A stretch of 61,428 nt of DNA from a bacterium (lineage in GTDB: Bacteria; Patescibacteriota; Minisyncoccia; Phycocordibacterales; UBA6899): the NCBI GenBank assembly GCA_043743715.1, contig JAYTWK010000039.1:1-61428 (forward strand), written 5' to 3'. Below the pieces are notes generated by a model. It was given only the letters and a program-made list of their open reading frames with translations, did not search any database and was not told the DNA's origin. Below are positions 47,654 through 56,745 of the stretch, piece by piece. The number at the start of each line of letters is the position of its first letter. Positions within the stretch are counted from its first letter, which is position 1. A program made the translations under genes and the position numbers.

Positions 47654-50353
47654 ATGACCTCAAAGGAGCAAAAAAACGATAATAAAAAAGGCCTTGACTC
47701 TATTATTGTTCGTGGCGCTCGCACTCATAACTTGAAAAATATTACGGTTGAAATGCCGCGTAATAAAATGGTTGCCATCACAGGTCTCTCAGGTTCGGGC
47801 AAGTCATCACTTGCATTTGATACCATATTCGCCGAGGGGCAACGCCGCTATGTCGAATCGCTTTCTGCGTATGCGCGTCAGTTTTTACACCAGATGCAAA
47901 AGCCGGATGTCGATGAGATCATAGGACTTTCTCCGGCTATTTCGATTGACCAAAAATCGCATTCATCTAATCCTCGTTCTACTGTTGCCACCATCACCGA
48001 GATTTATGACTATCTGCGCGTACTCTATGCGCGCATTGGCGTACCACACTGTCTTACCTGCGGCAAGCCTATCAAGCGACTGACCAACGAAGAAATTATG
48101 AATTTTGTATTTGAGAAGGTCGATGAAATCGGGAAACATGCGCCGAAATCGGGAAAAAGTAATAGTGTGATGGGAGTAGAGTACTCCACACTCAAGGTGG
48201 GAATCTATGCACCTGTGGTACGCGGCAGAAAGGGCGAGTACTACCAGCTCTTGTATGACTTCCTTTCCAAGGGATACACGAAGGTACGCGTGGACGGCAA
48301 GGTGAAGAATTTGCGCGACCGCATCGAACTCACCAAGACTAAAAAGCACAATATTGAAATGCTCGTTGATGAATTTTTCGTCTCTGAATTCAAAGACAAT
48401 GAGAAGGGAGTACGCGAGCGGATAGCTGAGGCGGTCGAGCGAGGCCTTGAAGAAACCGACGGCCTCGTGCTCCTCGTCATAGGCGAAGAAGAGTCATTGG
48501 TGTCGGCAAAGTTCGCTTGCCCGGATGATGGCTTCTCCTACCCCGAAGTTGAGCCGCGGTTATTCTCGTTCAACTCACCCTACGGCGCATGTCCTGCGTG
48601 TAATGGGCTTGGTACCAAACATTTCTTCGGTGATGAGCCGTGTGATGTGTGTCATGGAGCAAGGCTGCGCGATGAAGCGCTACATGTCACTATCGGCGAT
48701 GCAAATGCAATAGAGGAGGCAACGCTCTTTGCAAAGAGCAAAAAGAAAGAAAAAGAAGCCACTCTCTATCCGCGCGGAAAGAATATCGTCGATGTCACGA
48801 ATATGTCTATCGAAGAAGCGAGTGCATTCTTCAAGCAGATAGAGTTTACTCCAATGGAGAGACAGATTTCGGCTGTGGTCATCAAGGAGATAGAATCACG
48901 GTTACGTTTTATGCTCGACGTAGGTATTGGCTACCTTACGCTCGGACGGCGTGCGAATACCCTCTCAGGAGGCGAAGCTCAGCGTATCCGTCTCGCATCG
49001 CAGCTCGGCTCGAGGCTTGTGGGTGCGCTGTATGTGCTTGACGAGCCGACTATCGGCCTGCATCAGAAAGACAACGACCGTCTGATCAAGACTCTTCGAG
49101 ACCTATGTGATATCGGCAACACCATCATTGTGGTTGAACATGACGAGGACACTATTTTTGCCTCTGACTATCTCATCGATATAGGCCCCGGTGCGGGTAT
49201 TCACGGCGGCCATGTGGTGGTTTCCGGCTATCTTGATGATCTCATTTTAGATAAAAAGAAAAAGTCTCTTACACTCGACTATCTTCGAGGTGACGAGCTC
49301 ATACCTATACCCGAGAAGCGTCGCGACAAAGCGAAAGGCGAATTACAGATACGCGGCGGTAAGGCATTCAATATTAGCAATATGAATATCGACATTCCGC
49401 TTGGGCGTATGGTGGCGATCACTGGTGTTTCCGGCTCGGGCAAGTCGACCATGATGTACGAGCTTGTGTATCGCAATCTGCAGGCGCGTTTTGATCGCAA
49501 ACATCGCACGGCAAAGGTCTACAATGTTTCAAGTTTCACGGGCACCGAATACCTGCACCGTACCATCCTCATTGACCAAAGTCCTATTGGCCGCACACCG
49601 CGCTCGAACCCCGCCACGTATACCGGCGCATGGACATTCATCCGTGATATGTTCGCAGAGACTGAAGAAGCGCGTGTCCGCGGCTGGAAGCCTTCACGCT
49701 TCTCGTTCAATGTGAAGGGGGGGCGCTGTGAGGCATGTGAAGGGAACGGCATGATAGCGGTCGAGATGCACTTCTTGCCGACGGTGTATGTGATATGTGA
49801 TGTCTGCCAAGGGAAGCGCTTCCAAAAGGAAACACTTGAAGTCAAATGGAAAAAGAAAAGCATCTACGATATATTAAAGATGACCATTGAGGAAGCAGAG
49901 GAATTCTTTAAAGATATTCCCGCAATCTCAGACCGATTAAAGTCGATGACCAGTGTCGGGCTCGGATATCTTGAACTCGGGCAGTCAGCAACTACGCTTT
50001 CGGGCGGTGAGGCACAGCGCGTGAAGATTGCTTCAGAGCTCTACCGTCCGCTTGAGCAGCGCACACTCTATCTTCTTGATGAGCCGACCATCGGGCTTCA
50101 TTATGCTGACGTACGAAAACTTATCGACATTCTGCAGATGCTGGTGGATAAGGGCAACAGCGTGGTATTGATCGAACATAATCTCGACGTGATCAAATCG
50201 TGCGATTACCTCATCGATATCGGACCGGAGGGAGGTGGAGGCGGAGGTAATCTCGTCGGCAAGGGCACACCGGAAGAACTCGCAGGCAACGCGAAGTCGC
50301 ATACTGGGCGCTACCTCAAGAAAATCTTGGCAAAAGGAAAGAGGGCAGAGTGA
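47654..50353 (+). CDS. uvrA: excinuclease ABC subunit A
   Basis: Two ABC modules ([18 protein letters not shown]), zinc-finger Cys clusters and LSGGEAQR signatures. Confidence 0.95.
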   Translation: MTSKEQKNDNKKGLDSIIVRGARTHNLKNITVEMPRNKMVAITGLSGSGKSSLAFDTIFAEGQRRYVESLSAYARQFLHQMQKPDVDEIIGLSPAISIDQKSHSSNPRSTVATITEIYDYLRVLYARIGVPHCLTCGKPIKRLTNEEIMNFVFEKVDEIGKHAPKSGKSNSVMGVEYSTLKVGIYAPVVRGRKGEYYQLLYDFLSKGYTKVRVDGKVKNLRDRIELTKTKKHNIEMLVDEFFVSEFKDNEKGVRERIAEAVERGLEETDGLVLLVIGEEESLVSAKFACPDDGFSYPEVEPRLFSFNSPYGACPACNGLGTKHFFGDEPCDVCHGARLRDEALHVTIGDANAIEEATLFAKSKKKEKEATLYPRGKNIVDVTNMSIEEASAFFKQIEFTPMERQISAVVIKEIESRLRFMLDVGIGYLTLGRRANTLSGGEAQRIRLASQLGSRLVGALYVLDEPTIGLHQKDNDRLIKTLRDLCDIGNTIIVVEHDEDTIFASDYLIDIGPGAGIHGGHVVVSGYLDDLILDKKKKSLTLDYLRGDELIPIPEKRRDKAKGELQIRGGKAFNISNMNIDIPLGRMVAITGVSGSGKSTMMYELVYRNLQARFDRKHRTAKVYNVSSFTGTEYLHRTILIDQSPIGRTPRSNPATYTGAWTFIRDMFAETEEARVRGWKPSRFSFNVKGGRCEACEGNGMIAVEMHFLPTVYVICDVCQGKRFQKETLEVKWKKKSIYDILKMTIEEAEEFFKDIPAISDRLKSMTSVGLGYLELGQSATTLSGGEAQRVKIASELYRPLEQRTLYLLDEPTIGLHYADVRKLIDILQMLVDKGNSVVLIEHNLDVIKSCDYLIDIGPEGGGGGGNLVGKGTPEELAGNAKSHTGRYLKKILAKGKRAE

Positions 50354-50383
50354 GCCCCCTTTGTGTCGGTAACAGCTGACAGG

Positions 50384-50755
50384 TCAGTGCAATTTCGCGC
50401 TAAGCTGACTTTCGTGCAAGATCTGCGGTAAGTCTGTCAGATAGTCGCGCACCGCGACAGTCGAACGGCCGTACTTCTTGAAGAACTTCATCCCCGCGAC
50501 GACCAAAGCAAGGTATGCATGGTCTTCTGAGAACCGAACAATGCCCCCAGGGACAAGCTCGATCAGCATGATGAAGTGTTTCACCATGCGACGGCTGACA
50601 GCCATCAAGTTGACGAAATACTCTCCATCGGCGGCGATGACGTCAATCCCGTACTTCTGATTGAGCTCGCGCGTGATGAGCTCCTTGTTGTATTCACTGA
50701 GCTGAAACAGAGGAAGTGGAACCATTGCTTCCTCGAAGAGTGCTTGCTGTCGCAT
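50384..50755 (-). CDS. hypothetical protein
   Basis: 123-aa ORF filling the uvrA-uvrC gap on the opposite strand. Confidence 0.45.
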   Translation of the reverse strand: MRQQALFEEAMVPLPLFQLSEYNKELITRELNQKYGIDVIAADGEYFVNLMAVSRRMVKHFIMLIELVPGGIVRFSEDHAYLALVVAGMKFFKKYGRSTVAVRDYLTDLPQILHESQLSAKLH

Positions 50756-50849
50756 ATGAACCTTTCGATTTTCGATTGTGGAAGAACTTGTTTATATAAT
50801 CACGTATTGAAAATTTGTCCATAGTTATGGTTTAGGCTAGAATCGTGAT

Positions 50850-52106
50850 ATGCAGAGCGCAAAACTCACAAAACTCAATCTACCGGACAAACCCGGGGTA
50901 TATAAGTTTTATGATGTGAAAGGAAAACTGCTCTATATTGGGAAGGCCACTTCACTCCGCGATCGAGTACGCAGCTACTCTTCCAATGACCTCCTCTATA
51001 CCCGTGGCAAGCATATCGTCGACATGGTGACGCTCGCGAAGACGATAAAACATGTCATCACCGATTCTGCACTCGAGGCGCTCATTCTTGAAGCGGCGCT
51101 TATTAAAGACCATCAGCCACTTTATAATACCAAAGAGAAAGATAATAAGAGTTTCAACTATGTGGTCGCGACCAATGAGCCATTCCCAAGGGTGCTTGTG
51201 GTACGAGAGCGTACGATGCTTTCGGGGGTAGGGAATACTGACGGTTTATACAAATATGCATTCGGCCCGTTCCCAGGCGGAAGCAATCTCCAGGAGGCTC
51301 TGAAAATCATCAGAAAAATATTTCCGTTCAGAGACAAGTGTGAGCCAGCAAAGGAACTTGGGACAAGGAAGCCATGCTTCAACCGGCAGATAGGATTATG
51401 TCCGGGAGTCTGCTCGGGAGAAGTCACACCCAAGGAGTACGACGAAATACTGCGCAACATCAAACTGTTCTTCGACGGTAAAAAAGCTATGGTGATGAAA
51501 CGCCTCAAGGCAGCAATGCGGCAGCATGCGAAACTCTACGAATTTGAGAAAGCTGGCGAATGCAAGAAAATGATCTTTGCGCTTCAACATATCAAAGACG
51601 TTTCGCTCCTCGATCAGGAAATCCGCGAAGTCTCACAGCGCTCGTCAAAGAAACGATCGCGTGCATACCGTATCGAAGCGTATGACATCGCTCATATCAG
51701 CGGCAAATATACCGTCGGCGTCATGGTGGTCGTCCTAGACGGGCAGCCAAAAAAGAGCGACTATCGCAAATTCAAAATCAGAATCGATCCCGACAAGAGT
51801 GACGATACACTACATCTTGAAGAAGTGCTGATGCGACGCTTTAACCACAACGAATGGCAAAAACCAGACTTGATGGTGATAGACGGCGGAGTAGCTCAGA
51901 AACGACGTGCAGAAAAGGTTATCAAACAGCTTGGGATTACTACAGACATCGTCAGTGTGGTCAAAGATAATCGTCACAAACCGCGAGCAATCATGGGCAA
52001 TAAGGAGCTCATAGAGTCGTACAAACGGGGAATTTTGGTAGCCAATGCCGAATCACATCGCTTCGCAGTGCTCTATCATCGTCAACTGCGCGAAAGGCTT
52101 ACGTAA
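50850..52106 (+). CDS. uvrC: excinuclease ABC subunit C, short form lacking the C-terminal (HhH)2 region
   Basis: GIY-YIG (GVYKFYD...LLYIGKA), UVR domain, and the RNase H-like domain (IEAYDIAH...VIDGG). It ends at 418 aa. Confidence 0.85.
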   Translation: MQSAKLTKLNLPDKPGVYKFYDVKGKLLYIGKATSLRDRVRSYSSNDLLYTRGKHIVDMVTLAKTIKHVITDSALEALILEAALIKDHQPLYNTKEKDNKSFNYVVATNEPFPRVLVVRERTMLSGVGNTDGLYKYAFGPFPGGSNLQEALKIIRKIFPFRDKCEPAKELGTRKPCFNRQIGLCPGVCSGEVTPKEYDEILRNIKLFFDGKKAMVMKRLKAAMRQHAKLYEFEKAGECKKMIFALQHIKDVSLLDQEIREVSQRSSKKRSRAYRIEAYDIAHISGKYTVGVMVVVLDGQPKKSDYRKFKIRIDPDKSDDTLHLEEVLMRRFNHNEWQKPDLMVIDGGVAQKRRAEKVIKQLGITTDIVSVVKDNRHKPRAIMGNKELIESYKRGILVANAESHRFAVLYHRQLRERLT

Positions 52107-52171
52107 GGATGATTGCCGGTGTATCCCTATACTAGATACTTCATACAACATACCTTATACTTGTAGTACAT

Positions 52172-53161
52172 ATGTCAAAAGTCCGAGTCGGCGTCGTACG
52201 TGGGGGTCCTTCGAGTGAATATGCAGTGTCTCTCAAAACTGGAGAGAATGTTTTGCGTCATTTAAACAAAGAAAAATACATCACGCATGATATCCTGATG
52301 ACGACGCGCGGCGAATGGTATATGGACGGTGTGCGCACCGACCTCTCTACTATCGATCACAATGTTGATGTCATCTGGAATGCAATGCACGGTGCGTTTG
52401 GTGAGGATGGTAAGGTACAGCAGCACTTCGAATCTTATGGGATTCCCTACACTGGCTCTAATGTGCTCGCATCAGCTATCGGGATGCACAAAGGGTTGGC
52501 GAAAGACAGATTTGTTGAAGCGGGCATTCTTGTTCCGTATGGAGAAGTGATTCCGGGAAGCGAGAACATGTTCGAGGTTGCTTTCGAGTTATTCCGCAAT
52601 CGTCACATGCCGGTCATCGTAAAGCCGGTCTCAGGCGGTTCATCTGTTGCAACGCGTATTGTGCGCACCTATGATGAGCTACGGAATGCACTTGTTGAGG
52701 CAAGTAAATACGGTGATATACTGGTCGAGGACTTTGTCGAAGGCAAAGAAGCCACGGTGTGCGTGATCGATAGTACGAGGTCGGGGGAGTACTTCGTGCT
52801 CTATCCGATTGAGATAGTGCCACCCGAAAAAAGTGCATTTTTTGATTATGATGCAAAATATTCAGGAAAAAGCACCGAGATTGTGCCGGGAAGATTCACC
52901 CTCACTATCCACAGTATGCTTCGTGATCTCGCTATTAAGGCACACAAAGCTATCGGCGCAAGGCATTATTCGCGCTCGGACTTCATTATCACTCCCGAAG
53001 GAGCTATTTATCTGCTTGAGATAAATACACTTCCCGGACTCACAGAAGAATCACTGCTCCCAAAAGCACTCAAAGCCGGACATGTCGACTTCTCTGATTT
53101 TCTTGACCATGTCATCACACTGGCAATGAAAAAGAAGCAGTCCTCCATGGTCACCCCGTAG
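52172..53161 (+). CDS. ddl: D-alanine--D-alanine ligase
   Basis: MHGAFGEDGKVQ, the ATP-grasp core, and LEINTLPGLT. Confidence 0.9.
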   Translation: MSKVRVGVVRGGPSSEYAVSLKTGENVLRHLNKEKYITHDILMTTRGEWYMDGVRTDLSTIDHNVDVIWNAMHGAFGEDGKVQQHFESYGIPYTGSNVLASAIGMHKGLAKDRFVEAGILVPYGEVIPGSENMFEVAFELFRNRHMPVIVKPVSGGSSVATRIVRTYDELRNALVEASKYGDILVEDFVEGKEATVCVIDSTRSGEYFVLYPIEIVPPEKSAFFDYDAKYSGKSTEIVPGRFTLTIHSMLRDLAIKAHKAIGARHYSRSDFIITPEGAIYLLEINTLPGLTEESLLPKALKAGHVDFSDFLDHVITLAMKKKQSSMVTP

Positions 53162-53222
53162 GGGGGGTGGAAAAAAATTCTGCGCTGTGTATAATAGTTC
53201 ACATTGTGCGCAAAGAGCAATA

Positions 53223-53295
53223 GGGCCGTTAGCTCATCTGGTAGAGCACCGCATTTGCAATGCGGGGGTGGCAGGTTCGAGTCCTGTACGGTCCA
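53223..53295 (+). tRNA. tRNA-Ala (anticodon UGC)
   Basis: Acceptor GGGCCGT/ACGGTCC with the G3:U70 alanine identity pair, anticodon loop TTTGCAA and T-loop GGTTCGAGTCC. No CCA is encoded. Confidence 0.9.
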
Positions 53296-53297
53296 CA
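53279..53297 (+). repeat. attL-like direct repeat (3' end of tRNA-Ala)
   Basis: GAGTCCTGTACGGTCCACA, identical 19/19 to 60134-60152. Confidence 0.85.
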
Positions 53298-53461
53298 AAA
53301 TTAATAAGTCCGCACTCAGCGGACTTATTAATTTTGTGTTGTAATCGCGTTCGCGCGAACCTTTTTTGAGAGGAATGAACAAGGGTAACTCAGGCACCCC
53401 CGCTCGCTCCGCTCGTCGCCCCTCGGCATCTCCGGCTCCCGATTTTTTCCGCCCCGCCATA
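53294..53461. repeat. left ~170-bp terminal inverted repeat; its outer 45 nt form a 20-bp-stem hairpin that also serves as the tRNA-Ala terminator
   Basis: The reverse complement aligns with 59849-60019 at roughly 90 percent identity by eye. The hairpin is CACAAAATTAATAAGTCCGC-ACTCA-GCGGACTTATTAATTTTGTG. Confidence 0.8.
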
Positions 53462-53515
53462 CTTTAAATCAAGAAAGCGTTTCGCTTACCTTAATGCATC
53501 TCCTTTCAACATAGA

Positions 53516-53541
53516 AAGATATTTCTATATAGAAATATCTT
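53516..53541. promoter_or_regulatory. 26-bp perfect palindrome (C-box-like operator) overlapping a TACAAT -10 upstream of the XRE gene
   Basis: AAGATATTTCTAT|ATAGAAATATCTT. TACAAT lies at 53541-53546 and the ATG at 53560. Confidence 0.6.
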
Positions 53542-53559
53542 ACAATTATGTTATCCTAA

Positions 53560-53778
53560 ATGCAATCAACTATGGGGGATATTTCTGTTAAGTTTGGAAA
53601 GCGGGTTAAAGAAATCCGTGTTAAGAAGGGTTTTTCGCAAGGCAGTCTTGCGAAGATTTTAGGGGTACACCCATCTGATATTAGTGGCATAGAGCGAGGC
53701 AAAAGGAATATGTCACTGAAGAACATTGAAAGACTGGCAAAAGCACTTAATGTTACGATTCAAGCGCTGATTAGCTGA
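53560..53778 (+). CDS. XRE-family HTH regulator, probable RM controller (C) protein
   Basis: 72 aa. FGKRVKEIRVKKGFSQGSLAKILGVHPSDISGIERGKRN is a canonical HTH_3 domain, positioned just upstream of an RM gene pair. Confidence 0.8.
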   Translation: MQSTMGDISVKFGKRVKEIRVKKGFSQGSLAKILGVHPSDISGIERGKRNMSLKNIERLAKALNVTIQALIS

Positions 53779-53837
53779 AATGAATATACTCACCACGCTA
53801 AGTGGCCGGATTTTTTGTGACCTCGTGTTCTGTCATG

Positions 53838-53870
53838 TGTGCATAACTATTTTGCACAATAGGATATAAT
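53838..53870 (+). promoter_or_regulatory. dyad TGTGCA-N9-TGCACA followed by TATAAT 6 nt upstream of the RM gene ATG
   Basis: Dyad at 53838-53858, TATAAT at 53865-53870, ATG at 53877, no SD. Confidence 0.4.
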
Positions 53871-53876
53871 TAGAAA

Positions 53877-55733
53877 ATGTTGAATGAACGGATTACCGAA
53901 AATCTTGTGCGCGATCGTTTGCGCAAATTGAAATACTATGACAGTGAGGCGGTTACGATTGAGGAACAACGGAGTGACGTGGCTGCGATTAAACGACTTT
54001 TGCGTGGAGCGAGCAAGACTGGCGGCGTTGGTTCTGGGTATCCCGAATTTATTATTACGACAAGCGCAACGCCTGATTTTATTTTTATTATCGAGTGTAA
54101 GGCTGACGCCAAAAAACACCAAAGTAAAACATTTGATCAGGTTAAGGATTTTGCTGTTGATGGAATATTGCATTATGCAAAGTCACTCTCCAGAGAATTC
54201 AACATTATTGCCGTTGCAATAAGTGGACAAACAAAAGCTGACCAAAAATTTTCCGCCTTTATTCACCCAAAGCTCAGCAAGGAGGCAAAAATATTATGCA
54301 ATAAATCTGGAAAGCCACTGGATGAGCTCATTTCATTAGATGATCTAATTTCCCTTGGGAGTTACGACCCCTCAGTTGAGAAGCAACGACACGACGACCT
54401 AATGGCATTTTCTCGTGAATTACATGACTTCATGAGAGATCATGCAAAACTTACCGAAAGCGAAAAACCTCTTTTGGTGAGTGGCACACTTATCGCCCTA
54501 AGAAATGAACCTTTTGCAAAAAGTTTTGTGAACTACAAGCCTTCAGAATTGCAGAAAGCTTGGCTTAGAGTGATAAAAGAAGAAATAGAAAAGGCAGACA
54601 TACCAAACTCAAAAAAGGACAACATGGCCCAACCCTATTCTTCGATAGCCGTACACCCTGAGTTGGGTAAGCCCACTAAGGTTTACCCTTATGGAGTTTT
54701 GCGAGAGCTTATTCAAATGCTAAACAATAGGGTCTGGCCTTTTCTCAGTATTTATCATGACTTTGATGTTGTGGGGCAATTTTACGGTGAATTTTTAAAA
54801 TACACTGGAGGCGACAAGAAGGCGCTTGGAATTGTTTTGACGCCCCGCCATATAACAGAACTCTTCGCTTCCTTGGCAAACTTAAATAAAAAATCCAGAG
54901 TCCTTGATATTTGCTGCGGGACGGGCGGGTTTCTTATTTCATCCATGACGATGATGATTAAACAGGCGATGAACAAACGTGAAATTGAATACATCAAGAA
55001 AGAGGGTCTTATTGGCGTTGAACAACAGCCGAATATGTATGCCTTAGCGGCCAGCAATATGATTTTACGTGGCGACGGCAAGGCAAACCTTTATCAGGGG
55101 AGCTGTTTTGATCAAGAAATTACCAAGGAAATCAAGAAACATAAATGCGATACTGGGATGGTTAACCCGCCATACGCGCAAAAAGACGAAGAGTCTCAAG
55201 AGCTCAAGTTTGTTTTTCAGATGTTAAATTTACTGGAAAAAGGGGGCACCGGGATTGCAATTGTTCCCATGTCTTGCGCAATAAATCCGTCTAGTCCTGG
55301 CAGAGAGGAGTTGTTAAAGTATCATACACTTGAAGCAGTGATGTCGATGCCGGATGAATTATTTTATCCGGTGGGTACCGTTACTTGCATTATGGTCTTT
55401 ACTTCGCATGTCCCTCACGGCGAGTCAAACAAAAAGACATGGTTTGGATATTGGAAGGATGATGGTTTTGTAAAAACTAAACACCTAGGTAGAGTTGATT
55501 TAAATGAAACATGGGCCACTATCCGCGAAAGTTGGATTGATGCTTTTCGTAACAGGGATAATATCCCCGGCTTAAGCGTAAAGCAGAAGGTTGGCCCAAA
55601 TGACGAATGGTGTGCTGAGGCATACATGGAAACAGACTACTCAAAATTAACAGAGAAGGACTTCGAAAACACAATTAGAAACTACACGCTGTTTAGGTTA
55701 AACGAACAAGCAGAAAATGATAAAAGTAAGTGA
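53877..55733 (+). CDS. fused PD-ExK endonuclease / gamma-class N6-adenine DNA methyltransferase (BcgI-A-like RM subunit)
   Basis: The N-terminus has GYPEF...PDFIFIIECK. The MTase has motif I VLDICCGTGGFL upstream of motif IV VNPPYA. Confidence 0.8.
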   Translation: MLNERITENLVRDRLRKLKYYDSEAVTIEEQRSDVAAIKRLLRGASKTGGVGSGYPEFIITTSATPDFIFIIECKADAKKHQSKTFDQVKDFAVDGILHYAKSLSREFNIIAVAISGQTKADQKFSAFIHPKLSKEAKILCNKSGKPLDELISLDDLISLGSYDPSVEKQRHDDLMAFSRELHDFMRDHAKLTESEKPLLVSGTLIALRNEPFAKSFVNYKPSELQKAWLRVIKEEIEKADIPNSKKDNMAQPYSSIAVHPELGKPTKVYPYGVLRELIQMLNNRVWPFLSIYHDFDVVGQFYGEFLKYTGGDKKALGIVLTPRHITELFASLANLNKKSRVLDICCGTGGFLISSMTMMIKQAMNKREIEYIKKEGLIGVEQQPNMYALAASNMILRGDGKANLYQGSCFDQEITKEIKKHKCDTGMVNPPYAQKDEESQELKFVFQMLNLLEKGGTGIAIVPMSCAINPSSPGREELLKYHTLEAVMSMPDELFYPVGTVTCIMVFTSHVPHGESNKKTWFGYWKDDGFVKTKHLGRVDLNETWATIRESWIDAFRNRDNIPGLSVKQKVGPNDEWCAEAYMETDYSKLTEKDFENTIRNYTLFRLNEQAENDKSK

Positions 55734-56664
55734 TCTTTTTGACGTCAGATATGGTGTTAACTTAGAGCTCAATAAACTTGAGTTAGATTCGCATGGGGTT
55801 AACTTTGTTTCTCGCACAGCCAAAAACAACGGCGTCTCAGCGAGGGTAAAATTAATCGAGGGGGTGACACCACTGGAAGCAGGATTGATAACTGTTGCTG
55901 GTGGCGGGAGTGTGCTTGAGACCTTTCTTCAACCAGAGCCATTTTACAGTGGACGGGACTTGTATTATTTGCGTCAAAAGGTGGATCTTACTAATGCTCA
56001 AAAACTATACTATTGTCTTTGTATTCGTTCTAATAAATATCGTTACAACTATGGTAGACAAGCCAATCGTACTCTCGGTGACATTGTTGTACCCATCCCG
56101 AGCGATTTACCAAAATGGGTAAGTAGCGAAAAAATTGAAGATTATTCACATGTACAAGGAAGGGTATTGAGTGGCGACGTCGACAATCTTCAAACTCAAA
56201 AATGGAAATGGTTTCGATACGACACCCTTTTTGAGATTAAAAAAGGCAAGCGCCTAACAAAGCAACACATGGTGCAAGGAGAGACGTTATTTATTGGCTC
56301 AACCGACACAAAAAATGGATTGACAGCGCGCATAGGGCAAGCACCAATTCATAGTCAAAATACAATTTCTATTTCCTATAACGGGAGTGTTGCGGAGGCG
56401 TTTTATCAACCCGAACCTTACTGGGCCACAGACGACGTTAACGTGTTGTATCCAAAATTTAGCTTGAATCCATTCATCGGTTTATTTTTGTGTACAGTTA
56501 TTAAGCAAGAAAAATATCGTTATAATTATGGAAGAAAATGGCACCTAGGGCGCATGAACGAATCATTAATAAAGCTTCCCGCAACAACCGACGGTACGCC
56601 TGATTGGAGATATATGGAAAATTATGTTAAGCACCTCCACTTTTCTGCTGGAGTAGAATCCTAG
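55717..56664 (+). CDS. specificity (S) subunit with two paralogous target-recognition halves
   Basis: Overlaps the upstream gene by 17 nt. The halves start LFDVRYG / LFEIKKGKRLT and end YRYNYGRQANRTLGDIVVPIP / YRYNYGRKWHLGRMNESLIKLP. Confidence 0.7.
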   Translation: MIKVSDLFDVRYGVNLELNKLELDSHGVNFVSRTAKNNGVSARVKLIEGVTPLEAGLITVAGGGSVLETFLQPEPFYSGRDLYYLRQKVDLTNAQKLYYCLCIRSNKYRYNYGRQANRTLGDIVVPIPSDLPKWVSSEKIEDYSHVQGRVLSGDVDNLQTQKWKWFRYDTLFEIKKGKRLTKQHMVQGETLFIGSTDTKNGLTARIGQAPIHSQNTISISYNGSVAEAFYQPEPYWATDDVNVLYPKFSLNPFIGLFLCTVIKQEKYRYNYGRKWHLGRMNESLIKLPATTDGTPDWRYMENYVKHLHFSAGVES

Positions 56665-56745
56665 ATAAGCAATTGGGTTATCCGCGACTGCACCTAAGAT
56701 TGCCCGCACCTTGTGTGACCCTGCTTTCGGATGTAGGGTTTCTAA

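Noticed and set aside
53008-53460. 150-aa minus-strand ORF spanning the left TIR, tRNA-Ala and the end of ddl
   Set aside because: It runs antisense through a tRNA gene and a well-supported CDS. Its N-terminal part is just the open frame of the TIR, and its composition is non-protein-like.
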